Of a stretch of DNA of 64,000 nucleotides, positions 30,794 through 43,900 are shown one piece after another (the first letter of the stretch is position 1; every line of letters starts with the position of its first letter). Under the pieces are notes generated by a model, which searched no databases, was not told where the DNA came from, and saw only the letters and a program-made list of their open reading frames with translations. The stretch is from a bacterium (GTDB taxonomy: Bacteria; UBA8248). The translations under genes were made by a program, and so were the position numbers. Location of the stretch: positions 2,144,001 through 2,208,000 of the forward strand of contig OZ253442.1 in NCBI GenBank assembly GCA_965261085.1, read 5' to 3'.

Positions 30794-31567
30794 ATGCGTT
30801 TGAAGGATAAAGTCGCCATCATCACCGGGGCGGGGCAGGGTATCGGAAAAGTCATCGCCCTGACGTTTGCGCGCGAGGGGGCCAAGGTCGTGCTCGCCGC
30901 GCGCACGCTCGCGAATCTGGAGGACACCGCCGCCGGGATGCCCGACGGCGCCTCCCTCGTCGTGCCCACCGACCTCACGGATGAGGCCGCGGTTCAGGCC
31001 CTCGTGGAGAAGACGCTCGCCGAGTTCGGCACCATCGACATTCTCGTGAACAACTCCGGCATCGCAGGCCCCACGCAGGCGTGCGAGGACGTGACGCGCG
31101 AGGAGTGGGAGGAGTGCTTCGGCGTCAACGTCACGGGCACCTTCCTGATGAGCAAGCACGTCATCCCCACGATGAAGAAAAACAAATACGGGCGCATCCT
31201 CAACATCAGTTCGATGAGCGGCAAGCGGCCCCTGCCGAACCGCACGCCCTACACGGCTTCGAAGATGGCGGTCATCGGCTTGACGCGCACCCTCGCGTTC
31301 GAGCTCGGCGAATACGGCGTCACGGTGAACGCGATTTGCCCCGGGGCCACCTCGGGTCCCAGGATCGACAGCGTCATCGATAACATGTCGCAGAGTTTCG
31401 GCACGACCTTCGAGGAGGCGAAGCAGACCTTCACCGCGCCGGCGGCGCTGAAGACGCTCGTCGACGCGGAGGATCACGCCGCCTTGTGCGTTTTTCTGGC
31501 CTCTGAGGAGGCCGCTCACATGACCGCCCAGGACATCAACGTGACGGGCGGGCTCATCTGGTACTAG
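30794..31567 (+). CDS. Classical SDR oxidoreductase
   Basis: [17 protein letters not shown] and VNAICPG. Confidence 0.92.
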   Translation: MRLKDKVAIITGAGQGIGKVIALTFAREGAKVVLAARTLANLEDTAAGMPDGASLVVPTDLTDEAAVQALVEKTLAEFGTIDILVNNSGIAGPTQACEDVTREEWEECFGVNVTGTFLMSKHVIPTMKKNKYGRILNISSMSGKRPLPNRTPYTASKMAVIGLTRTLAFELGEYGVTVNAICPGATSGPRIDSVIDNMSQSFGTTFEEAKQTFTAPAALKTLVDAEDHAALCVFLASEEAAHMTAQDINVTGGLIWY

Positions 31568-31632
31568 CCCGCTCATCGTCTCGCTCTTTGCGAGGCCCCG
31601 CCCCCGCGCGGCGGCGCGCGCCGGGAGAGTTC

Positions 31633-34497
<2,865 letters not shown>

Positions 34498-34508
34498 CCG
34501 CTTTGCCG

Positions 34509-35309
34509 ATGAACGCCGAAAATACCCGCTGCCTCGTCCTGTGGATAGAATACGAGGGTACGAATTTTCACGGTTGGCAGACCCAGCCCGGCCAGCGAAC
34601 CGTACAAAGCGAAATAGAAAACGCGCTCACGAAGATGTGCGGAGAGCCGATACGCATCATCGGCTCGGGACGCACCGACGCCGGCGTCCACGCATGGGGA
34701 CAGGTGGCGCACTTTCATACGCTCTCTCGAATCGAACCCTACAAGGTGCGCATCGGCCTGAACACCATGATGGGCCGTGACGTCTCGATTTTCGATTGCC
34801 GGGAGGCGCCCGGCGGTTTTCACGCCCAGTTCGACGCCGTTCGCAAGACCTACCGCTACTGCATCCTCAATCGCCGCTCGCCGAGCGCCATCCGCCATCC
34901 TTACACCTGGCACGTGCGAAAACGCCTCGAAGTCGAAGCGATGCGCCGGGCGGCGAAAATACTCGAGGGCGAGCATGATTTCGCCAGCTTTTGTCGGGAG
35001 AAGGGGAGGCCCGAGAACACCGTGCGCCGCCTCGAGCGCCTGGGCGTGGAGCGCGCGGGCGATGAGGTGGTTATCGAAGCGACGGCGGAGGGATTTCTGC
35101 GCCACATGGTGAGAAACCTGGTCGGCGTCCTGGTGGAGGTGGGCAGCGGTGAGCGCGAGGCCGATTCCGTGCGGGAGGTGCTCGCGGGCAGGAACAGAGC
35201 TCTGGCGGGCGTCAATGCGCCGCCCCAGGGGCTTTCCCTGGTCTGCGTAGACTATGGCGACAAGCTGCCGCCCGAGGCCGTTCCGGGGCCTGAGGAAACC
35301 GACGCTTGA
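34509..35309 (+). CDS. truA: tRNA pseudouridine(38-40) synthase
   Basis: Y.GT.FHGWQ, GRTDAGVHA.GQ, FL.HMVR and APPQGL. Confidence 0.96.
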   Translation: MNAENTRCLVLWIEYEGTNFHGWQTQPGQRTVQSEIENALTKMCGEPIRIIGSGRTDAGVHAWGQVAHFHTLSRIEPYKVRIGLNTMMGRDVSIFDCREAPGGFHAQFDAVRKTYRYCILNRRSPSAIRHPYTWHVRKRLEVEAMRRAAKILEGEHDFASFCREKGRPENTVRRLERLGVERAGDEVVIEATAEGFLRHMVRNLVGVLVEVGSGEREADSVREVLAGRNRALAGVNAPPQGLSLVCVDYGDKLPPEAVPGPEETDA

Positions 35310-35375
35310 CCAATTCTCCCAAATTTGGGTATCTTCGGCGAAGCAGCGGAATTCTCAATTATGGGGATAGCACGA

Positions 35376-35447
35376 ATGAGAACGCGGGAAACATGCAGAG
35401 AGGCTTGGCCCTGGCGATGCCCCGCCAAATCTGGAGGTGCGCCATAA
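35376..35447 (+). CDS. trpL: Putative trp leader peptide MRTRETCREAWPWRCPAKSGGAP (alternative in-frame ATG at 35361)
   Basis: Short ORF with Trp-Pro-Trp about 100 nt upstream of trpE, followed by a terminator. Confidence 0.7.
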   Translation: MRTRETCREAWPWRCPAKSGGAP

Positions 35448-35482
35448 GGGTTGTTGTCTGAGTTTTTTGGAAGCGAATCCCC

Positions 35483-35519
35483 AAGCCATGGCGGCCTGTT
35501 TGGTCCCGTGGCTTTTTTT
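35483..35519 (+). terminator. Attenuator (intrinsic terminator) upstream of trpE
   Basis: AAGCCATGG-C-GGCC-tgttt-GGTC-CCGTGGCTT followed by a T-run. Confidence 0.75.
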
Positions 35520-35549
35520 GTATGGAGGCGAGGCATCGCTTGAAAGACG

Positions 35550-37085
35550 ATGTCTCGAAGAAAAATGAACCCAGAAAATCATGCGCCGGACAAGGAAACC
35601 TTTCTCCGCCTCTGTGAGCGAGGCAACATTATTCCGGTATATCGGGAGATACTCGCCGATCTCGATACGCCGGTGTCGGCCTATCTGAAAATCGCCGACG
35701 GCCCCTACTCGTTTTTGCTCGAAAGCGTCGAGGGCGGGGAGAAGTGGGCGAGATACACCTTTTTGGGCAGCGAGCCTTCCCTCATCTTCGAGAGCAAGGG
35801 GAAGCGGGTGCGCACCACACAGGATGGGGAGAGCGAAGAATTCACCGTCGATGATCCCATCGATGCTCTCAGGCAGTTGATTCAGCCGTACGTACCCGTC
35901 GATCTTCCCGGTCTGCCGAGGTTCTGGGGAGGCGCTATCGGTTACATGGGCTATGACGCGGTTCGCTTCATCGAACGCCTGCCCGAGAATGCGCATGACG
36001 ATCTCGAACTGCCCGAACTGCTTTTCATGATCACGAAGTCCCTGATCATCTTCGACAACGTGGCGCAGAAGATGTACGTCCTCGCCCATGCGCACATACG
36101 CGACGACGGCCCCGAGGCCGTCTACGAGGATGCGTGCGCGCGCGTCGATGCGCTCATCGAAAAGCTGAGAGGTCCTTCCGTCGCCCCGCCTTACGAGCCT
36201 GAGGAACCGCCCCATGATGACGGGAGCGGGCATCCAGTCGAGAACATGCCGGGCCTTTACTCATCTTTTACGCGCGAGGGGTTCGAGAAGGTCGTCGCCG
36301 ATACGGTGGAGCTCATCCACGCGGGCGAGGCGATTCAGGTCGTGCTCTCACAACGCCTCGAAAGCGCTCTGGACGTGCACCCTTTCGCCATCTACCGGGC
36401 GTTGCGGACGGTCAATCCCTCTCCTTATATGTTTTATCTGGAACTCGGCGACGTGACCCTTGTTGGCGCATCGCCCGAGGTGCTCGTTAGGCTCGAGGGG
36501 GATAAGGTCGAGGTGCGCCCCATCGCCGGTACGCGCCGGCGCGGAGGCGATGAGGCGGAGGATCGGGCACTGGCGGATGAACTGCTCGCCGATGAGAAGG
36601 AACGGGCCGAGCACATCATGCTCGTCGACCTGGGCCGAAACGACATCGGCCGCGTGTGCGAGCGCGGCACGGTCCGGGTCACCGAGCAGATGGTGGTGGA
36701 GCGCTATTCCCACGTCATGCACATCGTGAGCAACGTGGTGGGAAAACTGGCCGAGGGCAAGGATGCGTTCGACGTGCTGCGGGCCTCGTTTCCGGCGGGC
36801 ACCGTCTCGGGCGCGCCCAAGGTGCGCGCCATGGAGATCATCGACGAAATGGAGCCGGTGCGCCGGGGTCCCTATTCGGGCGCAGTAGGGTATTTCGGTT
36901 TTGGTGGAAGCATGGATACCTGCATCGCGATACGCACGCTCTACGCGCGCGAAGGCAAGCTCTACCTCCAGGTGGGGGCGGGTGTCGTGGCGGATTCAAA
37001 GCCCGATTTCGAATACGAGGAAACCATCAACAAGGCCCGAGGCTCCCTCCGCGCTCTGGACGTGGCGCGGGGCGGACTTCCCTAG
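35550..37085 (+). CDS. trpE: Anthranilate synthase component I
   Basis: TPVSAY, LLESVEGGE..ARY, NPSPYM, PIAGT, EH.MLVDLGRND and GT.SGAPKVRA. Confidence 0.97.
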   Translation: MSRRKMNPENHAPDKETFLRLCERGNIIPVYREILADLDTPVSAYLKIADGPYSFLLESVEGGEKWARYTFLGSEPSLIFESKGKRVRTTQDGESEEFTVDDPIDALRQLIQPYVPVDLPGLPRFWGGAIGYMGYDAVRFIERLPENAHDDLELPELLFMITKSLIIFDNVAQKMYVLAHAHIRDDGPEAVYEDACARVDALIEKLRGPSVAPPYEPEEPPHDDGSGHPVENMPGLYSSFTREGFEKVVADTVELIHAGEAIQVVLSQRLESALDVHPFAIYRALRTVNPSPYMFYLELGDVTLVGASPEVLVRLEGDKVEVRPIAGTRRRGGDEAEDRALADELLADEKERAEHIMLVDLGRNDIGRVCERGTVRVTEQMVVERYSHVMHIVSNVVGKLAEGKDAFDVLRASFPAGTVSGAPKVRAMEIIDEMEPVRRGPYSGAVGYFGFGGSMDTCIAIRTLYAREGKLYLQVGAGVVADSKPDFEYEETINKARGSLRALDVARGGLP

Positions 37086-37100
37086 GGCGGAGAATACGAC

Positions 37101-37685
37101 ATGACGCGCGTATTGATGATCGATAATTACGATTCGTTCACCTACAACCTCGTTCAGTATCTGGCCGAACTGGGCGCGGATGTGACGGTGTGGCGAAACG
37201 ATCAGTTCGAACTCGATGAGGTGGCCGAACTCGCTCTCGAGTTGATCGTCATATCCCCGGGGCCGGGGCGGCCCGAATCCGCGGGCCTCTCGATGCCGCT
37301 CGTCGAGAGATATGCCGGTGAATACCCCATACTTGGCGTATGCTTGGGTCATCAGGCCATCGCATCTGTCTTCGGAGGCGAGGTCGTTCGCGCCGAGCGA
37401 ATCATGCACGGGAAAACTTCCGAGATTAGACACGATGGGCGGGGCGTCTTTCGCGGGTTGTCGAATCCGATGACGGCGACGCGATACCACAGCCTCCTGC
37501 TTGCGCGCGAGAACATGCCTCCCGAAATCGAGGTATGCGCGGAGACGGACGAGGGGGAGATCATGGCGCTTCGTATCCGGGGTATGGCGGTCGCGGGTGT
37601 TCAGTTTCATCCTGAATCCATACTCTCGCCCGAAGGTAAGGCGCTGCTCAAAAATGCGCTCGAAGGCGCCATCGAGCAGCCTTGA
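37101..37685 (+). CDS. trpG: Anthranilate synthase component II (glutamine amidotransferase)
   Basis: IDNYDSFT, SPGPG, GVCLGHQ, RYHSL and QFHPES. Confidence 0.96.
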   Translation: MTRVLMIDNYDSFTYNLVQYLAELGADVTVWRNDQFELDEVAELALELIVISPGPGRPESAGLSMPLVERYAGEYPILGVCLGHQAIASVFGGEVVRAERIMHGKTSEIRHDGRGVFRGLSNPMTATRYHSLLLARENMPPEIEVCAETDEGEIMALRIRGMAVAGVQFHPESILSPEGKALLKNALEGAIEQP

Positions 37686-37839
37686 GGGAATGAGCGCGGA
37701 CGCGGTATGGTAGCCCGGAATCGACGATGTTCATGTACTTTTCGGCGTCCATGTTTCCCCGGGAGTGCACGTCTATCGCTGAGGCTGTAACGCAGAGGGA
37801 ACAAATGAAAACCCTACAACTTGGTGAGGATATGCGTTC

Positions 37840-38850
37840 ATGATTCAGGAAGCCATCGGAAAGCTCGTGGAAGGCCGGCACTTAAGCGCGGATGAGGCGG
37901 AAAAAGTGATGGACCTCATCATGACGGGCGAGGCCACCCAGGCCCAGATCGGCGCCTATCTGGTGGCGCTTCGCATGGCGGGAGAAACACCGGAAGAAAT
38001 CGCGGGCAGTGTCCGCTCCATGCGCGCCAAGGCGACGTGGGTGAAGACGAAACACCCCTTCGTCATCGACGTGGTCGGCACGGGCGGCGATGGTACGCAC
38101 ACCTTCAACATCAGCACGAGCGCCGCCCTCGTCGTGGCGGCGGCGGGCCAGCCTGTGGCGAAGCACGGCAACCGCGCGGTGTCGAGCAAATCGGGCGCCG
38201 CCGACGTGCTGAAGGCGCTGGGGGTGAACATCGAGGCCTCGCCCGAGAAGGTGGGCGAGTGCATCGACGAGACGGGCGTTGGCTTTCTGTTTGCGCCCAT
38301 GCTGCACGGCGCGATGAAGCACGCCATCGGCCCGAGACGCGAACTCGCCATGCGGAGCATCTTCAACGTCATGGGACCGCTCACGAACCCCGCGCGCGCC
38401 CAGAGCCAGTTGGTGGGCGTATACGCGCCCGAACTTACCGAGCTGGTGGCGGACGTGCTGCGCCAGGTGGGTTGTCAGAAGGCGCTGGTGGTGCACGGAT
38501 CGGACGGGATGGACGAGTTGACGCTCACCGGCCCCTCGCGCGTATCGGAGTGGGACGGGAGCGAAATCAGGACGTATGACGTCACGCCCGAGGAGGCGGG
38601 TCTCGAGCGCGCGGATGCGGATGCGCTCAAGGGGGGCGAGCCTCCCGAGAACGCCGATATCACGCGCGCCATCCTCGCGGGAGAAAATGGCCCCAAGCGC
38701 GACATCGTACTCTTGAACGCCGCCGCCGCCCTCATCGCCGCGAACAAGGCGGAGAATTTAAGAAAGGGCGTCCAGCAGGCGGCCTCGGCGATAGATTCGG
38801 GCAAGGCGGCCAGTGTTTTGTCGCATCTCGTGGAAGTGTCCAATTCCTGA
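37840..38850 (+). CDS. trpD: Anthranilate phosphoribosyltransferase
   Basis: GTGGDG, NIST, KHGNR..SS.SG.AD and GPL.NP. Confidence 0.97.
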   Translation: MIQEAIGKLVEGRHLSADEAEKVMDLIMTGEATQAQIGAYLVALRMAGETPEEIAGSVRSMRAKATWVKTKHPFVIDVVGTGGDGTHTFNISTSAALVVAAAGQPVAKHGNRAVSSKSGAADVLKALGVNIEASPEKVGECIDETGVGFLFAPMLHGAMKHAIGPRRELAMRSIFNVMGPLTNPARAQSQLVGVYAPELTELVADVLRQVGCQKALVVHGSDGMDELTLTGPSRVSEWDGSEIRTYDVTPEEAGLERADADALKGGEPPENADITRAILAGENGPKRDIVLLNAAAALIAANKAENLRKGVQQAASAIDSGKAASVLSHLVEVSNS

Positions 38851-38976
38851 GTGAAAGGCGGGCGGCTTCGCTTACCGCGCGATAGATGTTCACGACGAAG
38901 AGGAATGAAACCCCTTCAGTCTGAAGCAGATGTGGCTCTGTCCGGCTTTGCGGGTTGGCGTTTCCGGTAGAGGAGT

Positions 38977-39825
38977 ATGAAAATTTTGACGATTGCGACG
39001 GATACGGTTCTCGACAAACTCGTGGAAGGCGTCCGCGAGGACATCGCTTCGGACAAGAGGAAGCGCTCCGAAGCCGATATCAAGTCCATGGCGAAGGACG
39101 CGCCGCCGACATTGGATTTCGCGGGCGCGCTCAGGCGGCCCGATTCGGGTGAGGACACAGGTGGCGGCCTGATGCGCGTCATCGCCGAAGTGAAACAAGC
39201 CTCCCCCTCCCAGGGCCGGATAGCCGAGCGCTTCGAGCCGGCCCGAATCGCCGCAGCCTACGAGGAAGGAGGTGCTGCCGCCGTTTCAGTTTTGACCGAG
39301 CGGAGGCGCTTCCTGGGCGAGATGGCGCATCTCGAACAGGTGCGCGCAGCGGTGGGCCTGCCCGTTCTCAGAAAAGAGTTTATTTTCACCGAATATCAGA
39401 TTCTTGAGGCCCGCGCGGGCGGGGCGGACGCCGTCTTGCTGATTGCGGCCATCCTCGAGACGACGCAGATGGAGGATTTGCGCGCGCTCGCCGAGGAACT
39501 GGAGATGGACGCGCTCGTGGAGGTGTATGCGGAGGAAGAACTCGGGCGCGCCCTCGAGGCGGGAACCCGCGTGCTCGGCGTGAACAACCGGAATCTCAAG
39601 ACCTTCGAGGTCGATACGGAGCATACCGCCTCGGTGTTTGGGCAACTCACGCCCGAGCAGAGAGCGGAACTCGTTCTGGTTTCAGAGAGCGGGATTTTCG
39701 GGTGGCGGGAGGTGGCTCCCCTGGTGGATGAGGGGGTGGACGCCATCCTCGTCGGGGAGGCGCTCATGCGCGCGCCCGACACCGGAGAATTGTTGCGCGA
39801 ACTCAAGGGTTTGCATCGCGAATGA
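38977..39825 (+). CDS. trpC: Indole-3-glycerol phosphate synthase
   Basis: IAEVK.ASPS.G, SVLTE, LRKEFI, GVNNRNL and VSESGI. Confidence 0.96.
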   Translation: MKILTIATDTVLDKLVEGVREDIASDKRKRSEADIKSMAKDAPPTLDFAGALRRPDSGEDTGGGLMRVIAEVKQASPSQGRIAERFEPARIAAAYEEGGAAAVSVLTERRRFLGEMAHLEQVRAAVGLPVLRKEFIFTEYQILEARAGGADAVLLIAAILETTQMEDLRALAEELEMDALVEVYAEEELGRALEAGTRVLGVNNRNLKTFEVDTEHTASVFGQLTPEQRAELVLVSESGIFGWREVAPLVDEGVDAILVGEALMRAPDTGELLRELKGLHRE

Positions 39826-39921
39826 TAGCCGAACGGCCGGAGTCGTATAAGCCGGTGGGGTTTTCTTATTAAATTTCATTAAGTCCGGCGCCCAGCGTCG
39901 TTGCCTGGAGGGGAAACCTGC

Positions 39922-40812
39922 ATGTACGAAGAAATTGTTTACTACAGTGACGGCCTGAAAATCGCATCCCACCTCTATGCGCCCAAAGGCTGGCGAGAGG
40001 GCGACCCGCCCAGGCCCGCCATCATCTGCCTGCACGGCTACAGCGGGATGAAGGATGTCTACGGGATGGACGTTCCCAGGAGGCTCTGGGAGGAGGGCTA
40101 CTTCATCTTGGCGCCCGATCATCGCGGCTTCGGCAAGAGCGAGGGCGAGCGCGGCCGCCAGCGGCCCCTGGAGCAGGCGCAGGACACCTACGACGCCATC
40201 TCCTACATGGAGACGGTCGGGGGCGTGGACCCGGAGCGAATCGGCATTTTCGGCACGAGCTTCGGCGGGGCGAACGCCATCTGGGTGGCGGCCTTCGATG
40301 AGCGCGTGAAGGTGTTGGTCTCCTCCGTGGGAGTGCACGAGGGGGAGCGCTGGATGCGCTCGGTGAGAAGGCCGCACGAGTGGGACTCGTTTCACAAGAC
40401 AGTGATGGAGGCCGCCCGCAAGCGCGTCACCACCGGTGAGCCGACCATGATGCCGCTGCCCGAGATCATGCTCTGCGACCCCCACACGCTGAAGGTCATC
40501 CAGGAGAATCACCAAAAACACGGGGACTACGTGAAGGACTACGACTTGCAAAGCGCCGAGGCCTGCTGGCGCTACAAGCCCGAGTGGGTGGCGGAGAGAA
40601 TCGCGCCGCGCCCGGTTTTGTTCATCTACTCGGAAAATGATTTTCTGGTGCCCGTGCAGGAGCAAATCAGTTGCTATGAAGCATGCGGGGAGCCGAAGAA
40701 GATAGTCAAGCTCCCGGGCGCGCAGCATTACGAGTCGTATTATTTCTGTAGCCCCGAACACCACGAAATCGGCATGGTCGAGGCCATCGACTGGTTCAAG
40801 AAGTATCTATGA
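39922..40812 (+). CDS. Alpha/beta-fold hydrolase
   Basis: LHGY, DHRGFGKSEG, nucleophile elbow GTSFGG, D..VP and a late His; ATG 39922 follows GGAGG. Confidence 0.88.
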   Translation: MYEEIVYYSDGLKIASHLYAPKGWREGDPPRPAIICLHGYSGMKDVYGMDVPRRLWEEGYFILAPDHRGFGKSEGERGRQRPLEQAQDTYDAISYMETVGGVDPERIGIFGTSFGGANAIWVAAFDERVKVLVSSVGVHEGERWMRSVRRPHEWDSFHKTVMEAARKRVTTGEPTMMPLPEIMLCDPHTLKVIQENHQKHGDYVKDYDLQSAEACWRYKPEWVAERIAPRPVLFIYSENDFLVPVQEQISCYEACGEPKKIVKLPGAQHYESYYFCSPEHHEIGMVEAIDWFKKYL

Positions 40813-41043
40813 CGGCTGAACCTGTGGCCTGACTGCCGGAGTCGGCGGAGCGATATGTCCTTGCGTTTTCAAAAGTAGGAACGCCAGCCCCGCGTTTTCC
40901 GCTGGACGCCCAGTGATCTCGGACGACTACCCGTAATGCTCCCATATTGGGACCGCTAAAAAAAACTTGATTTCGTAATCCTGTGCATGTAGCCGACCGG
41001 GGTGGGAGGAGACGTCACATTCTCCTGTAGTGCACTCAACAAC

Positions 41044-41287
41044 CACTCCCCCCTTGAGGGGGAGTCGAAGAGCTAAGGGCGAATGCCCGCAAGCGATTCG
41101 GTGGGGGGTCAAACACGATGAATGAGTGTTTGACGCGTCTGATGAAGGAGCAATTGTGCTATTTAAGTCAAACAGCCCCTCCTTCCACAGTCGGGAAATC
41201 CTCGCTTCTCGCTCGAATTTCACCCCCCACGCATCAGCCTTCGCACAAACCGCTCGGCTTCTGCTACTCCCCCTCAAGGGGGGAGTG
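41044..41287. mobile_element. Non-autonomous palindromic element (MITE/REPIN-like), copy 2
   Basis: Terminal inverted repeat CACTCCCCCCTTGAGGGGGAGT. Internal blocks shared with copy 1: TAAGGGCGAA.CCCGCAA, GGTGGGGGG, TCCTCGCT.CTCGCTC, GCCTTCGCA, GCTCGGCTTCTGC. Confidence 0.75.
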
Positions 41288-41349
41288 TTTTCCTTGTTTC
41301 TCGTCGGTCGCGTCGAACCCTCATTTATCGGGCTTTTTCAACGGCTCCC

Positions 41350-42094
41350 TCACGCAATCCGCGTTCCGAACTTCTCTATCGCCTCTTCAGAGAGCGTGAG
41401 CCCGAGACCCGGCGCATCGTTCAGGTAGAGCGTCCCGTTCTCGATGCGGGGCGGGTTCTCGAACAGTTCGGCCTGGAGCGGATCGCGCTCGGGGTCCGTG
41501 AAGGACTCCACGATGCAACCCGCCGGCGAGGCCGCCACGATGTGGGCGTGGATGAAGCAATCGTGGTGCGGAGCGATTTCCACGTGGTTGAGTTCCGCCA
41601 GGGCCGCCAGTTTTTTCCCCATGGTGAATCCGCCCATGCGCGTGCAGTCGAACTGCACGATGTCTATCGCCTGCTCCTCGAACAGCGCGCGGACGCCGTG
41701 CCCCGTCTGCTCGCTCTCCCCGGCGGAGAGGGGGATGTTTGTTTTTCGGGCCAAAATCCTGAGTTCCCGCCTGTCGTCGAACCAGCGCACGGGCTCCTCG
41801 AGCCACCGGGGACGAATCTCCTTGAGCAGGCGTGCTCCCTCGATGGCGGTGGGCAGATCCCAGGCGCCGTTCACGTCGAGCATGAGTTCGGCTTCATCGC
41901 CGATAACCTCACGGATGACCCGCAGCCGCGCCATATCCTCATCAAGCGCCGCGCCGCCGATTTTCGCCTTGAACGCCCTGTGCCCTTGAGCCTTTAGCAT
42001 TTCCATCTCCTCGCGCAACTCACCCAAATCCTTTCCGTCACGGTAATAGGCGCAGGTGACGTAGCAGGGAACTTCCTCCCGATATCCGCCGAAG
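41350..42094 (-). pseudogene. 5'-truncated duplicate of the mandelate racemase/muconate lactonizing enzyme gene
   Basis: Matches 43901-44645 at a constant 2551-bp offset and lacks the N-terminal ~133 aa. The 13 residues before FGGY in the ORF call are unrelated sequence. Confidence 0.8.
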
Positions 42095-42172
42095 CTGAGT
42101 TTGTCCTCCCATTCGTAAATGAGTATGATGTTCAACGATCCTGCCTTCCCCTAATGAGAGCCGTTATCTGCA

Positions 42173-43495
42173 ATGATTAGGCAACTGCACCTCAATTTGT
42201 TCGTCCAATCTCGGGGCCACCACGAAGCAGCCTGGAACCATCCCGATTCTTCGACAGCCTCGCTTACCGATGTAAACTACTATGTGGATTTAGCTCAACG
42301 TGCGGAGACGGCGCTTTTTGATTCGATCTTTTTCGCTGATTCACTGATGTTGACACCGGATGCTCCGCGGTCCGGGCGAATCTGGCTTGAACCAATAACT
42401 TTATTAGCGGCGCTCGCCGTCGCAACCGAGCGGATCGGGCTGATCGCGACGGGGTCGAGCACATATTCTGAGGCCTTTAACCTTGCGCGGCAGTTCAGCT
42501 CGATTGATCACATTAGCAATGGCCGTGCCGGTTGGAATATCGTCACCACTTGGATGGCGAAGGTCGCGCGCAATTTCGGTGATGCGGGTCAGGATAGTCA
42601 TGCGGACCGCTACATGATGGCCGAGGAATTTGTCCAGGTCGTCAAAGATTTGTGGGACAGCTGGGCCGATGACGCCGTGGTTGATGATCGTAACGGTGGC
42701 GTCTACGCCAAAAATGATCGAATTTGTTCAATCGACTTTAACGGCAAGTATTATTGCGTCGCGGGGCCGCTGACCCTGCCGCGCAGTCCGCAGGGGCGAC
42801 CGGTGCTGGTGCAGGCAGGATCGTCGGATGCCGGACGTGATTTTGCTTCGCGTCACGCCGAGGCAGTATTTACAGCCCACCTTGAAAAAGCGACGGCACA
42901 GAAGTTTTACACGGATATCAAGAAGCGAGCGGTTGCAGCAGGTCGTGATGCAAACCAAGTCCTGATTCTGCCTGGTCTGAGCCCAATGATTGCGTCGACC
43001 GAGACCGAAGCAAAACGAATGGAACAGGATCTCAATGAGAATACTGACCCGGAGAGCGGTCGCCGTACTCTCTCTTCACGGTTTGACGGACATGATTTCT
43101 CGCATTTGCCGCTAGACCGGCCGCTGACGCCGGACGATTTCCCTCCACCCTCCAGTGTCGAAACCATGCGTAGTCGGTCCGAGTTGGTCGTCAATCTTGT
43201 GCGTAACGAAGGCCTTACTTTGCGCCGGCTTCTTGCTCGTTTTGCCGGTGCTCGTGGCCACTTTACTTTTGCTGGCACGCCCGAGCAGGTCGTTGATATG
43301 ATTGAGGACTGGTTCCGAGATGGTGCCGCCGATGGTTTCAATGTGATGCCGCCGCTTTTTCCCACGATGCTGGATGTTTTTGTTGAAGAGGTGGTTCCGA
43401 TTCTTCAGCGTCGCGGGTTGTTCCGGACAGAATATAAAGGCAAGACGTTGCGAGAACACTATGGACTCGATCGACCCGCTGGGCGGTTTTGGTAG
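42173..43495 (+). CDS. NtaA/SnaA/DszA-family FMNH2-dependent monooxygenase
   Basis: FFAD, LEPITLLAALA..T.RIGL, DHISNGRAGWNIVT, SPQGRPVL.QAGSS, ADGFN and P.LQ.RGLFR.EY.G.TLRE. Confidence 0.92.
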   Translation: MIRQLHLNLFVQSRGHHEAAWNHPDSSTASLTDVNYYVDLAQRAETALFDSIFFADSLMLTPDAPRSGRIWLEPITLLAALAVATERIGLIATGSSTYSEAFNLARQFSSIDHISNGRAGWNIVTTWMAKVARNFGDAGQDSHADRYMMAEEFVQVVKDLWDSWADDAVVDDRNGGVYAKNDRICSIDFNGKYYCVAGPLTLPRSPQGRPVLVQAGSSDAGRDFASRHAEAVFTAHLEKATAQKFYTDIKKRAVAAGRDANQVLILPGLSPMIASTETEAKRMEQDLNENTDPESGRRTLSSRFDGHDFSHLPLDRPLTPDDFPPPSSVETMRSRSELVVNLVRNEGLTLRRLLARFAGARGHFTFAGTPEQVVDMIEDWFRDGAADGFNVMPPLFPTMLDVFVEEVVPILQRRGLFRTEYKGKTLREHYGLDRPAGRFW

Positions 43496-43900
43496 ATTAA
43501 AAGACGCGGAATTTTCCAGGCACCGCGAACCCTTTATTGCTTTATGCAGAGATTCCGTAGCATTGAAAAACTGGCAGGTGAACAACCGCTTTGAAACTCG
43601 ATGGAATCTGGGGGTTCGGTAGGGTAGAAAGTTTGTTTGTCAATCTTTTGGGGCGAAGGAACCACCTGAAACAAAACACGTCGGAGCAAATACTGTTCCT
43701 TCACCATCATATTTAGACTAGTTAAATATTTGTGGGATTCGAACATAAAGGGGGGCAAAAGAGCTACTGTCAAATATGATGTATGACCATCCTAAATCAA
43801 TCGGCCCTCCTGCCCGTATCTCTTTCGTCCACCCCTTCGATGAACCTCTCAGCCTATAGACCAATTCTGGTAGCAGCTCGTTTATAGCTCCTTATTCCCC

